The translations under genes were made by a program, and so were the position numbers. This document shows, one piece after another, positions 1 through 8,694 of a stretch of DNA of 39,491 bases. This stretch comes from Myxococcota bacterium (lineage in GTDB: Bacteria > Myxococcota_A > UBA796 > SXON01), in NCBI GenBank assembly GCA_040386535.1, contig JAZKFH010000059.1, positions 1-39,491 of the forward strand. The letters are read 5' to 3'. The notes beneath the pieces were generated by a model. That model saw only the letters and a program-made list of their open reading frames with translations. It did not search any database and was not told the DNA's origin. Within the stretch, counting starts at the first letter, position 1. Every line of letters begins with the position of its first letter.

Positions 1-14
1 CGCCTTATACAAGA

Positions 15-54
15 AGCCCCTCTCGGTTCAAACCGAGAGGGGCTTTCTTCGTTT
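15..54 (+). terminator. Rho-independent terminator (possibly bidirectional)
   Basis: Stem GCCCCTCTCGGT (16-27) / ACCGAGAGGGGC (32-43), followed by TTTCTTCGTTTT and preceded by an A-rich tract. Confidence 0.8.
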
Positions 55-71
55 TCGGCGCTGCTGTCGCC

Positions 72-1460
72 ATGGAAGGTCCGATGCTCTTCGCTCCCAC
101 CCCCGCGCTCGTGGTCGCCGCTCCGGCGACCGGCTCGGGCAAGACCACCGTGGTGTGCGCGATCGCCGCCGCCCTCCGGGCGCGCGGGCTCGACGTACGG
201 GTGTTCAAGGCAGGGCCCGACTACCTCGACCCCACGTGGCACGCGAAGGTCACCGGTCGCCCCTCCCGAAACCTCGACGGGTGGATGACCGGCCCGGACG
301 GCGTGGTCGCGTCCTACCGGCGTGGGTCCCAGGGTGGCGACATCGCGCTCATCGAGGGCGTGATGGGCCTGTTCGACGGGTGGTCCCCCACCACGTTGAC
401 GGGGTCGGGCGCGGAGCTCGCCGTGCTGCTCGGGGCGCCAGTGCTGCTGGTGGTCGACGCGTCGGGGATGGCGCGCACGGCGGCGGCGGTGGTGCACGGG
501 CTGGCTACGTTCGAGCCGCGGGTGCGCGTGGCCGGGGTGGTGTTCAACCGCGTCGGCGGAGAGGGGCATACCCGGATCCTGCGCGAGGCGATGGCCGGTC
601 AACCCGCGGCCAACCAGGGAGTGACCGTGCTCGGCGGCCTCCCCGCGCGGCCCGATCTCGCCGTGCCGGAGCGGCACCTCGGCCTCGTGTCCGCCGATCT
701 CGCCGCGGCACCCGGCTGGGTCGAGGGCATCGCCGCCTGGGCCGAGGCCCACCTCGATCTCGACGCGCTCGTGCGGCTGGCGGCGGTGTCGCTCCCCGCC
801 GCGCCCGTGTCGGCCCCGCTCCCCGCTGGGGCGCCCGTGCGCATCGGCATCGCGCGCGACGCCGCCTTCCACTTCTACTACCCCGACAACCTCGAGCTCC
901 TCGAGGAGGCGGGGGCCGTCCTGGTGCCGTTCTCCCCCCTCGGCGACACCACGTTGCCCGCGGTCGACGGGCTGTACCTGGGCGGCGGCTACCCGGAGGA
1001 GCACGCCGCGGCGTTGACCGCCAACGTGGCGATGCGCGCGGCGATCCGGCGCTTCGCAGAGGCGGGGGGCCCGATCTACGCCGAGTGTGGAGGGCTCATG
1101 TACCTGGGTGGCACGCTCCACGTGGCCGACACCGCCCACGCGATGTGTGGGGTCCTGCCCCTCACGACCCGCATGACCCCGTCCCTGCGGTCCTTCGGCT
1201 ACCGCGAGGTGGTCACGACGGCGCCCACGTTGTTCGGGCCGGCGGGGACACGCTGGAAGGGGCACGAGTTCCACCACTCGGAGCTCGCGGCGAACGAGAT
1301 GGCGCCGGTGTTCGCGACCACGGGCTGGGGCGGGGCGGGCGTGGAGGGCTGGGCGAGCGGAAACGTCCTCGGCACCTACGTCCACGCGCACTTCGGCTCC
1401 AACGCCGGCCTCGCCGAGGCGCTCGTACGCGCGTGCGGCGCGTTCCGGGGAGCGCCGTGA
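72..1460 (+). CDS. cobB: Cobyrinate a,c-diamide synthase (CobB/CbiA)
   Basis: GSGKTT P-loop, FKAGPDYLDP, IEGVMGLFDG, ERHLGL, AFHFYY, GGGYPE, ECGGLMYL, HEFH. Confidence 0.95.
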   Translation: MEGPMLFAPTPALVVAAPATGSGKTTVVCAIAAALRARGLDVRVFKAGPDYLDPTWHAKVTGRPSRNLDGWMTGPDGVVASYRRGSQGGDIALIEGVMGLFDGWSPTTLTGSGAELAVLLGAPVLLVVDASGMARTAAAVVHGLATFEPRVRVAGVVFNRVGGEGHTRILREAMAGQPAANQGVTVLGGLPARPDLAVPERHLGLVSADLAAAPGWVEGIAAWAEAHLDLDALVRLAAVSLPAAPVSAPLPAGAPVRIGIARDAAFHFYYPDNLELLEEAGAVLVPFSPLGDTTLPAVDGLYLGGGYPEEHAAALTANVAMRAAIRRFAEAGGPIYAECGGLMYLGGTLHVADTAHAMCGVLPLTTRMTPSLRSFGYREVVTTAPTLFGPAGTRWKGHEFHHSELAANEMAPVFATTGWGGAGVEGWASGNVLGTYVHAHFGSNAGLAEALVRACGAFRGAP

Positions 1461-2869
1461 CCCGCGCGCTCATGGTGCAGGGCACCGCGAGCGGCGTCGG
1501 CAAGTCCTGGGTGGCGACCGCTATCTGCGCCGCCCTGGCGCGGCGGGGCCACTCGGTGGCGCCCTTCAAGGCGTGGAACATGAGCAACAACGCCGCGCCG
1601 GCGCTGATCTCCGGAGCCCCGCGAGTGTGGGGCGAGATCGGCCGCGCCCAGGCCGTTCAGGCGCGGGCCGCCGGGCGCATGCCGACGGTCGACATGAACC
1701 CGCTCCTGCTCAAGCCGATGGGCCTCTCGGGCGCCGACGTGGTCGTGTGCGGGCGCTCGCGCGGGCCGATGCTCTCCGCCGAGTACCAGGCCGCGCGCGA
1801 CGAGCTCTGGGCCGAGGTCACCGCCGCGTACGCGCGCCTGGCGGCCACCGCCGACGTGATCGTCCTCGAGGGCGCCGGCTCGCCCGCCGAAATCAACCTC
1901 CGCGGCGACATGGCGAACATGGAGATGGCCCGGCATGCGAACGCCGCGGTGCTGCTGGTCGGCGACATCGACAAGGGCGGCGTGTTCGCGAGCCTGTACG
2001 GCACCGTGATGTTGCTTCCGCCGGAGGATCGCGCGCGGATCGCCGGCCTCGTGGTCAACCGGTTCCGCGGCGATCCCGACCGGTTGCGCCCGGGCCTGGC
2101 GCCCCTGGCAGACTTGTGTGGCGTCCCCGTACGCGGCGTGATCCCCTACCGGGGAGATGTGTACGTGGATGACGAAGACGCCGCCACGTTGGCAAGCACC
2201 CGCGGGGGCACGGTCGACGTGTGTGTCGTGCACCTCCCCACCGTCGCCAACACCACCGACTTCGGCGCGTTGGCGCGCGAGCCGGGCGTGGGGGTGCGGT
2301 ACGTCGCCGACGCGGGCGCCGTGGGCAACCCCGACCTGCTCGTGCTCCCCGGCAGTCGCGACACCGAGTCCGACCTGCGCTGGATGCGGACGCGCGGCCT
2401 CGACCGCGTGGTCCTCGCCGCGGCCGCCCGCGGCCTCCCCCTTCTCGGGTTGTGTGGCGGCTACCAGATGCTCGGCGCGCGGCTGGGGGGCGAGCGCGGC
2501 CTGGGGTTGTTGCCCGTTGACACGGAATATGCGCCGACCAAACAAGTCCGGCCCGTGCGCGGCGTCACCACCGGTGCGTGGCTCCTCCCCGCGGGCCTGC
2601 CGGTAGAGGGCTACGAGATCCACGCCGGGCGCACCGCGGCCGCGGCGGGGCTGGTGCACACGGAGGCCGGGCCTGACGGTGCCGTGGTCGGGATGGTCGC
2701 CGGCACCTACGTGCACGGGCTGCTCGACAACGCCGACGTGCGCGCCACCTTGATCGCGGCGCTGCGGGCGCGCCGGGGGCTCGATCCAGTCGCCGCGGGA
2801 GAGACCGTGGGCTTCGACGCGCTGGCGGATGTCGTGGACGCGCACCTGGATCTGGACGGCCTGGTGTAG
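1457..2869 (+). CDS. cobQ: Cobyric acid synthase (CobQ/CbiP)
   Basis: GTG overlaps the cobB stop (GTGA); MVQGTASGVGKS, PFKAxNMSNN, MNPLLLKP, EGAGSPAEINL, DIDKGGVFA, GLCGGYQMLG, GYEIH, GTYVHG. Confidence 0.95.
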   Translation: MTRALMVQGTASGVGKSWVATAICAALARRGHSVAPFKAWNMSNNAAPALISGAPRVWGEIGRAQAVQARAAGRMPTVDMNPLLLKPMGLSGADVVVCGRSRGPMLSAEYQAARDELWAEVTAAYARLAATADVIVLEGAGSPAEINLRGDMANMEMARHANAAVLLVGDIDKGGVFASLYGTVMLLPPEDRARIAGLVVNRFRGDPDRLRPGLAPLADLCGVPVRGVIPYRGDVYVDDEDAATLASTRGGTVDVCVVHLPTVANTTDFGALAREPGVGVRYVADAGAVGNPDLLVLPGSRDTESDLRWMRTRGLDRVVLAAAARGLPLLGLCGGYQMLGARLGGERGLGLLPVDTEYAPTKQVRPVRGVTTGAWLLPAGLPVEGYEIHAGRTAAAAGLVHTEAGPDGAVVGMVAGTYVHGLLDNADVRATLIAALRARRGLDPVAAGETVGFDALADVVDAHLDLDGLV

Positions 2870-2907
2870 AGGCCGCCACCTTCGCGACAATCCTGTTAGA
2901 ACCCCGA

Positions 2908-3294
2908 ATGATCGACCACGTCACCCTCCACGTCCGCGACTTTGCCACCTCCCTCGCGTTCTACTCCGCCGCCTTCGCGCCGCTCGGGTACGCGGTGCTG
3001 ATGGAGTACCCCGAGGTCGCCGGGTTCGGCCGCGACCGCAAGCCGTCGTTCTGGATCGCTGGCCCGCGCGGCACCTACTGGGCCGCCAGCCACCAGGCCG
3101 GCAACGCGCCGGTCCACTTCGCGTTCGAGGCGCCCGACCGGGCTGCGGTCGATGCGTTCCACGCCGCCGCCCTGTCCGCCGGCGGCACCAACTTCGGCGC
3201 GCCCGGTCCGCGCCCGCAGTACCACGCCGGATACTACGGCGCGTTCGTGCTCGATCCCGACGGAAACAACGTCGAAGCGGTGTGCCACCGCTGA
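2908..3294 (+). CDS. VOC (glyoxalase/bleomycin resistance) family protein
   Basis: MIDHV..., HFAF, VDAFHAAAL..GG...GAPG.RP.YH..YYGAFVLDPDGNNVEAVCH. Confidence 0.92.
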   Translation: MIDHVTLHVRDFATSLAFYSAAFAPLGYAVLMEYPEVAGFGRDRKPSFWIAGPRGTYWAASHQAGNAPVHFAFEAPDRAAVDAFHAAALSAGGTNFGAPGPRPQYHAGYYGAFVLDPDGNNVEAVCHR

Positions 3295-3296
3295 TC

Positions 3297-4235
3297 CTAC
3301 CAGGTCAGGACGATCCGGCCGAAGGTCGCGTCGGCCTCCATCCGCCGGTGCGCCTCGGCCGCGGACGTGGCGGGCAGGACCGTGTCCACGACCGGGCGCG
3401 CGTCGCCGAGCAGCGGGAGCCCGCGGGCCCGGAACGCCTGCGCGAGCGCGATCTTCTCCTCGATCGGGCGGCTCCGCAGGACCGTGCCCTCCACCCGGAG
3501 CCGCTTCGCGAGGAGCACGCCGAGCGGCAACGTGGCGGTCGTGCCGGCGAGCATCCCCACCACCACGAGGCGCCCGCGCAACGCGAGCGCGCGTACGCTC
3601 GCCTCCACCCCGCGGCCACCGACCAGGTCGATGATGACGTCCACCTCGGGGAGCACGCCGTCTGCCGCGAGGGGGTGGTGGAGCCCGAGCGCGACGGCGC
3701 GGTCGAGCTTCTCGGGGGTGCGGGACGTACCGAAGGTGATCATCCCGGCGGCGCGCGCGAGCTGCACCACGGCGATCCCGACGCCCGAGCCGACGGCATG
3801 CACGAGCACACGTTCGCCCGCACGGGCCTGGCCGCGCTCGAACAGGGCGTCGAACGCGGTGAGGTAGGACTCCAGCGCCGCGGCGGCCTCGGTCATCGAC
3901 CAGCCGTTCGGCACGGCAATCGCCTCGCGTCCGTGCACGATCACCTGCTCGGCGTAGCCCCCGCCCGCCACGAGTGACATCACCCGGTCGCCGATCCGCC
4001 CCTCGGCGTTCGGGCCGAGCGCGTCGATGGTGCCCGCCACCTCGAGCCCCGGCACGTCGGCGGCCACCCCCGGCGGCGCCGGGTACACGCCACGGCGTTG
4101 CAACGCGTCGGCGCGGTTCACGCCCATCGCGGCGACGCGCACGCGCACCTCACCGGGGCCGGGCTCGGGGACGGGGCGTTCGGCGAGCTCGAGCACATCG
4201 GGGTCGCCGGGCTCGCGGATACGGATGACACGCAT
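3297..4235 (-). CDS. NAD(P)H-quinone oxidoreductase (MDR/PIG3-like)
   Basis: GVNRAD..QR.G.Y, PGLEVAG, GGGYAE, VLVHA.GSGVG, HRRMEA....GRIVL; start trimmed to ATG 4235. Confidence 0.9.
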   Translation of the reverse strand: MRVIRIREPGDPDVLELAERPVPEPGPGEVRVRVAAMGVNRADALQRRGVYPAPPGVAADVPGLEVAGTIDALGPNAEGRIGDRVMSLVAGGGYAEQVIVHGREAIAVPNGWSMTEAAAALESYLTAFDALFERGQARAGERVLVHAVGSGVGIAVVQLARAAGMITFGTSRTPEKLDRAVALGLHHPLAADGVLPEVDVIIDLVGGRGVEASVRALALRGRLVVVGMLAGTTATLPLGVLLAKRLRVEGTVLRSRPIEEKIALAQAFRARGLPLLGDARPVVDTVLPATSAAEAHRRMEADATFGRIVLTW

Positions 4236-4243
4236 GGTGGGGC

Positions 4244-4981
4244 TCACGGCCACGTACCTATCCACCCGCGTCCGACGGGCGCGTGCTCATCGAGGGTCTG
4301 GGGATCCAGGCTCCACCCGCCGGCGACAGCCATCACGTGATCCTCGCCGGGCGCGTCCTCTTCGGTGAGCTCGAGTGGAACTTCCAGGTCGACCTCCGTG
4401 GCGGTCGGCGCGCCCCGGCTCACGAGCACGTCGCCCTCGAAGGCGAACGCCCGGACGATGGTGCCACGATCGGCCCACGCCCAGGCGTGGTACTCGACCA
4501 CCCGGTGGGTCCCGAACACCTGCACCACCGTGTCGAGCGCGGCGCTGACGCGGGCCAGCTCGCCGAGTCGTTCTTCGATCGCCTCCTCGAAGTCGGCCGG
4601 TGCACCGACCACGAGCACCCAACCGTCGATGGGCGGGCTCACGAACACCTCCGCCGGGCCGTCGCCGCGCCCCCCGTGCGCCCGGTCGACGCCCTCGGGC
4701 CAAGCAACCGGTCGGGCCTCGCGCAGCCCCAGCGCCTCGATGACACGGGCGGGACTCTCGCTCCGGATCGCCCACCACGAACACTTGTATCCGAACGACA
4801 CCGGCTGCTCCGGGTCGCCGGCCCACCTCTCCTTCAGGGGCGCCGGGCGCCACGTCGGCGTGGGCACGAGGGGGGTGTCACCCACGCGGTAGAGTGGAGC
4901 CGCATCCCGACGGCGGAGGAGCCACCGGACACCGGTCGCGAGCACAACGAGCGTCAGGACGAGGAGGAACTCGGGCAGCAT
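4244..4981 (-). CDS. Hypothetical protein with N-terminal membrane anchor
   Basis: Hydrophobic N-terminus followed by a globular, Trp-rich domain (FGYKCSWWAIRS, VFVSPPIDGWVLV, GTHRVVEYHAWA, WSLDP); start could be 4981 or 5002. Confidence 0.75.
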   Translation of the reverse strand: MLPEFLLVLTLVVLATGVRWLLRRRDAAPLYRVGDTPLVPTPTWRPAPLKERWAGDPEQPVSFGYKCSWWAIRSESPARVIEALGLREARPVAWPEGVDRAHGGRGDGPAEVFVSPPIDGWVLVVGAPADFEEAIEERLGELARVSAALDTVVQVFGTHRVVEYHAWAWADRGTIVRAFAFEGDVLVSRGAPTATEVDLEVPLELTEEDAPGEDHVMAVAGGWSLDPQTLDEHAPVGRGWIGTWP

Positions 4982-5032
4982 GCCGGCAGCGTAGCGCGGC
5001 ACGGCTCGAGCACGGCCGCGCGCGAGGCGCCC

Positions 5033-5926
5033 TCACCCCGCCGCCGTCCCGTCGTACCGGATGTCCCCGGCGCCCGTCGCGTCGTAGCCCCGCACCGTCG
5101 CGAGGGCAGACCGGTACGACGCGCGTTGGGCCACCTCGCAGAGCCGCACCACGCGCGGATCACCGAGGTCGGCCGCGCGGACGACGAGCCCGTACGCCTC
5201 GGTGGTGAGGGCATGGAACGGCAGGCCCACGCGGGCGGCCCACGCCTCGGTGGTCAGCGCCACGTCGGCGTCGCCACGCACCACCGCGAGGAGCGCGTCC
5301 CGGTGCGAGTCGTAGGGGGCCGCACCCGCCAGGATCGCGGCGGGATCGAGCCCCGCGTCCGTCAGGGCCGCGTCGAGGTGGGCGCGCACCCCCGCGGTCG
5401 ACGGGCGGACCGCGAGGCGCAGGGTGGCGAGCGCGGCGAGGGAGCGGTCGGGCCAGCGCCCGGCGAGGCCGATCGTGCGCGTGACGAGGTGGATGCGGGC
5501 GAGCCGCGCGCCCGCGAGGTGCGAGGGCGGGCCCATCGCGTGGCAGCCGGCCGCGAGCACGTGGCTGGCGGCGAGCAGGGCCATGGCGGCGTCGCGGTCG
5601 GCCTGCACGAAGCCGAGCAGCGGCGGCGCCTCGGCGTTCACCTGGGCGAGGAGGACCTCGACCGCCACGTCGCCGTTGGCCGCCACGAGCGACGGAGCGG
5701 TAACGATGGTAGTGCCCGCCGGCACCTCGCCCGCGTCCTCGCCCTCCACGGGCGCGGCGATCGCCCGCCGCTCCACCCACCGCAGCACCTCGTCGCGAGC
5801 GAAACGCCACTCGCCACCCATGCGGTGCCCGGGCAGCCCACGTCGCAGCAGGCGGTACACGTGCTTGGGGTGCACCTGGAGGAGCGCGGCCACGTCTTCG
5901 GTGGTGAGGAGCGGTTCGGCGGACAC
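5033..5926 (-). CDS. Excisionase-type HTH + PBP-like regulator, probably molybdate-responsive
   Basis: LLTTEDVAALLQVHPKHVYRLLRRGLPG....GEWRF (HTH_17-like), then a PBP_like domain (SH.DA..AV..G.ADVAL, GYDA..AG); divergent from modABC. Confidence 0.8.
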   Translation of the reverse strand: MSAEPLLTTEDVAALLQVHPKHVYRLLRRGLPGHRMGGEWRFARDEVLRWVERRAIAAPVEGEDAGEVPAGTTIVTAPSLVAANGDVAVEVLLAQVNAEAPPLLGFVQADRDAAMALLAASHVLAAGCHAMGPPSHLAGARLARIHLVTRTIGLAGRWPDRSLAALATLRLAVRPSTAGVRAHLDAALTDAGLDPAAILAGAAPYDSHRDALLAVVRGDADVALTTEAWAARVGLPFHALTTEAYGLVVRAADLGDPRVVRLCEVAQRASYRSALATVRGYDATGAGDIRYDGTAAG

Positions 5927-5969
5927 GGCCGACGTCTAACGCCACGCGGCCCGGACCTTTGAGGCAGCT

Positions 5970-6111
5970 GGGCGCGACCGGCGCAGAGCCGCCGGTCCGG
6001 TCTCCTCCCGGCTCGCGGCAGAGCCGCTCGGCTGGCGGGCGGCCCGCTCCGCGGCCCGCGGCCGAGCCGCGGCGTCGCTCCGCGCCACCGCGCCGTCCGG
6101 GCCCGTCGCGC
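5970..6111 (+). repeat. Structured intergenic repeat, copy A
   Basis: GGGCGCG-hairpin-CC-GGTCTCCTCCCGGC-TC-hairpin-TC-GGCTG..hairpin..CGAGCC-hairpin-GCCGTCC...TCGCGC; same architecture as copies B-F. Confidence 0.7.
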
Positions 6112-6181
6112 GGGGGCGGGCGTGCACCTCTGTGGCAACGTGTGGATGGCGCTTGGCGCGAAACAAAGGTATTCGCCAGGC

Positions 6182-6598
6182 ATGACCAATGAAGAGAAGC
6201 TTCGAGCAAATGCACAGTTGGTGGTGGACATGCTCGGGCCCCACAGCCACGACCCTGCCTTCGGCTTCAACCGAGCCTCGTTGGTGTGGGTCCAAGGGTT
6301 CATCGAGCGGCAACGGGTGCGACCCGATCGAGACGCCGAGTTCAGGGAAGGAATGATCCAGAATGTGGGATCGTACCTGGGCGAGTGCATCATCGCCTGT
6401 CACGGAGGCTGTTGGTCGTCCACCCCGGATGGCTGGGCCATCAGCTTCGGACCGAAGCGCGCAGCTTTCCCCTTTTCGAAGGTACGAAAGCAGTGGGATG
6501 ACGGGACCGAAGCCGGGGAGTCGATCGTCAGCTTCTTCGACACGATTCCTATTCTCTTCCCCCTCGCCGGGCGGCCCGTCGGCATCCCGTCCGCCTGA
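6182..6598 (+). CDS. Hypothetical protein, DUF3806-like / possible immunity protein
   Basis: ATG 6182; GSYLGE.II...GG.W and FPFSKV.K motifs; visibly more A/T-ending codons than its neighbours. Confidence 0.7.
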   Translation: MTNEEKLRANAQLVVDMLGPHSHDPAFGFNRASLVWVQGFIERQRVRPDRDAEFREGMIQNVGSYLGECIIACHGGCWSSTPDGWAISFGPKRAAFPFSKVRKQWDDGTEAGESIVSFFDTIPILFPLAGRPVGIPSA

Positions 6599-7199
6599 TG
6601 GTCCCAACCCCGGCGTTCTCCCGCTCGTCCCGCAGGACCACGCGCGCGCACGGCACCAGGGCGTGCGCCTTGGCCAGCACCGCAGAGAGCACGCCATGAT
6701 CGACGTGAGCGCCAGGGAAGAAGGCGGGATCCAAGTCGAAGGCGAGACGCACACCACCGCCCGTGGCAGGTCCACCGAGGGCGAAGGGCGAGACCAACTT
6801 GCCGTAGCGGTATTCCAACGTCCACCAATCTCCGGCGGCTGCCACGGATAGTGTGGTCCGGCGGCTCAGGGTCCGCCCGGAGATAATGTCCAGCACCGAG
6901 GGCGACCTTGGGCCGCGGCCGCAAGGAGCGAGGAGGGAGCATGCCCGTAGGCATGTGACCGACGAGCGACGCCGCGGACGCGAGCCCAGGGGCGGCCGAA
7001 TGCGGACATGATTGAGGAGCGGGCCCTCAGCGCGTTCGGGATCACGATGCTCCGAGAGCAGCGCTTCTCCGAGTGTTCCAGCGGTGTTGGGATACGGGCG
7101 CGTGAGCTCGGGGAACGACCCCTCGTCCTCAATCGTGAAGGCCAGCCCGCCCCGGATGGTCAGGACAACCTCTTTCGCGCGTCCGAGCGCCCCGCCGGG
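6549..7199 (-). pseudogene. Decayed GyrB/ParE-like GHKL ATPase domain (5'-truncated, frameshifted, MITE-interrupted)
   Basis: Joined fragments read ALGRAKEVVLTIRGGLAFTIEDEGSFP...GEALLSEH / SIVIPNAL|SRRTTLSV...WTLEYRYGKLVSP...GGVRLAFDLDPAFF...VVLRDER, colinear with GyrB N-terminal motifs; in-frame TAG at 7200-7202 and no start codon. Confidence 0.65.
6869..7026 (+). mobile_element. 158-bp MITE, copy 1
   Basis: Near-identical inverted copy at 20577-20734; imperfect TIRs GGG(T/C)CCGC......AT(A/C)ATGTCC; flanked by a TCA...TCA duplication (6866-6868, 7027-7029). Confidence 0.85.
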
Positions 7200-7222
7200 C
7201 TACAGTGCTGCCGGAGGCCTGG

Positions 7223-8008
7223 ATGTTCCCTGTAGTGACTCGCCGTTCCCTCTGGAGTGCCGTGGTGGGCCTCGCGGCGGCGCTCGTCCTGGTGGCCGCA
7301 CGTCCCACGCCGCCCTCCGAACGCGTCCCGCCCGTCACCGTCTTCGCGGCGTCGAGCCTCACCGAGTCGCTCCAGGCGGTCGCCACCGCGTGGGAGGCGC
7401 GGGGCGGCGGGGCCGTCACGTTCAGCTTCGACGCGTCGTCGCGCCTCGCCAAGCAGATCGAGGCGGGCGCGCCGGCCGACGTGTTCGTCTCGGCCGACCG
7501 GACGTGGGTGGACTGGCTGGCGACGCGCGTGCGCGTCGAGCGGCGCTACGATCTGCTCGGCAACACGCTCGTCGCGGTGGTGCGCGCAGGCGGCGCCGCC
7601 TCGGCTCCGACCCGCCCCGCCGATCTCGCCGCGCCCGCCGTCCGGCGCCTCGCCCTCGCCGGCGAGAACGTGCCGGCCGGCGCCTACGCGCGCGCCGCGC
7701 TGCAAGCCACGGGCTCCTGGGACAGCGTGAAGGACCGCGTCGTGAGCGGGGACAACGTGCGCACCGCGCTCGGGTGGGTCGCGACGGGCGAGGCCGACGT
7801 CGGCATCGTGTACCGCACGGACGCGAAGGTGGAGCCGCGGGTGAAGGAGGCCTTCGCGTTCCCGGCCGGCACCCACCCGCCCATCGTCTACACCGGTGCC
7901 GCGCTCAACCCCGACGGCGCCGCGTTCCTGGACTTCTGCGCCGGCGCCGAGGCGGGGGCGATCTTCGCGGCGGCGGGCTTCACCCGGGCCCCCGGCGCCG
8001 CGCCGTGA
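7223..8008 (+). CDS. modA: Molybdate ABC transporter substrate-binding protein
   Basis: GGAGG RBS; VFAASSLT, FDASSRLAKQIEAGAPADVFVSAD, VPAGAYA, GEADVGIVY.TDA, HPPIVY. Confidence 0.93.
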   Translation: MFPVVTRRSLWSAVVGLAAALVLVAARPTPPSERVPPVTVFAASSLTESLQAVATAWEARGGGAVTFSFDASSRLAKQIEAGAPADVFVSADRTWVDWLATRVRVERRYDLLGNTLVAVVRAGGAASAPTRPADLAAPAVRRLALAGENVPAGAYARAALQATGSWDSVKDRVVSGDNVRTALGWVATGEADVGIVYRTDAKVEPRVKEAFAFPAGTHPPIVYTGAALNPDGAAFLDFCAGAEAGAIFAAAGFTRAPGAAP

Positions 8009-8694
8009 CCCTCGACGTAGCCAGCGCGGTCCGGCTCTCGCTCCTCGTCGGCCTCGGCGCCGCCGCGCTCGGGTTCGTGCCCGCCACCGCCGTGGCCTGG
8101 CTCCTCGCGCGGGGCCGGTTCCACGGCAAGTCGCTCCTCTCCGCGCTCGTGCTCGCCCCGCTCGTCCTGCCCCCCGTCGTGACCGGGCTCCTGCTCCTGC
8201 GCGTGTTCGGGCGCGCCTCCGTGATCGGCGGCGCGCTCGACGCCATCGGCCTCCCCGTACCCTTCACCCTCCTCGGCGCCGTCGTCGCGGCGCTCGTGGT
8301 GGGCTTCCCGATCTACGTGATGACCATCCGCGGCGCGATCGAGGCGGTCGACCGCCGCTACGAGGAGGTGTCCCTGTCGCTCGGCGTGCCCCCGATGCGG
8401 ACGGCGTGGCGCGTGACGCTGCCGCTGGCCCTCCCCGGGATCGCGGGCGGCGTCGTGCTCGCCTTCGCGCGCGGCCTCGGCGAGTTCGGCGCCACCGCGA
8501 TCATCGCGGGCAACATGGAGGGGCGCACCCGCACGATCGCCCTGGCCGTCTACGCGCTGCTCGATGCCCCCGGCGACGATCCGCGCACGGCCGCGCTCGT
8601 GGGCGCGAGCATCGCCCTCGCGCTGGCCGCCCTGGTGGGCTTCGAGGGCCTGACGCGCTGGCAGCGGCGCCGCCTGGAGCTCGATGGGCGCTGA
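8005..8694 (+). CDS. modB: Molybdate ABC transporter permease
   Basis: GTGA coupling; PLVLPPVVTG, FARGLGEFGAT...AGN..GRT.TI. Confidence 0.93.
   Translation: MTLDVASAVRLSLLVGLGAAALGFVPATAVAWLLARGRFHGKSLLSALVLAPLVLPPVVTGLLLLRVFGRASVIGGALDAIGLPVPFTLLGAVVAALVVGFPIYVMTIRGAIEAVDRRYEEVSLSLGVPPMRTAWRVTLPLALPGIAGGVVLAFARGLGEFGATAIIAGNMEGRTRTIALAVYALLDAPGDDPRTAALVGASIALALAALVGFEGLTRWQRRRLELDGR

Noticed and set aside
155..1456. Apparent 904-aa ORF suggesting an N-terminally extended or fused CobQ
   Set aside because: The extension is an off-frame read of cobB; CobQ homology begins at GTG 1457
5033..5926. Excisionase-like HTH as evidence for a prophage or ICE
   Set aside because: It is fused to a PBP-like domain and lies near modABC, typical of a regulator; no integrase or phage genes
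5934..6111. GTCTAAC before repeat A as an integron attC R'' site
   Set aside because: No matching GTTRRRY end, the other copies lack the motif, and there is no integrase or tandem cassette array
6866..7132. Shared peptide SIMSAFGRPWARVRG... in two ORFs as a duplicated gene
   Set aside because: It is only the translation of the MITE sequence
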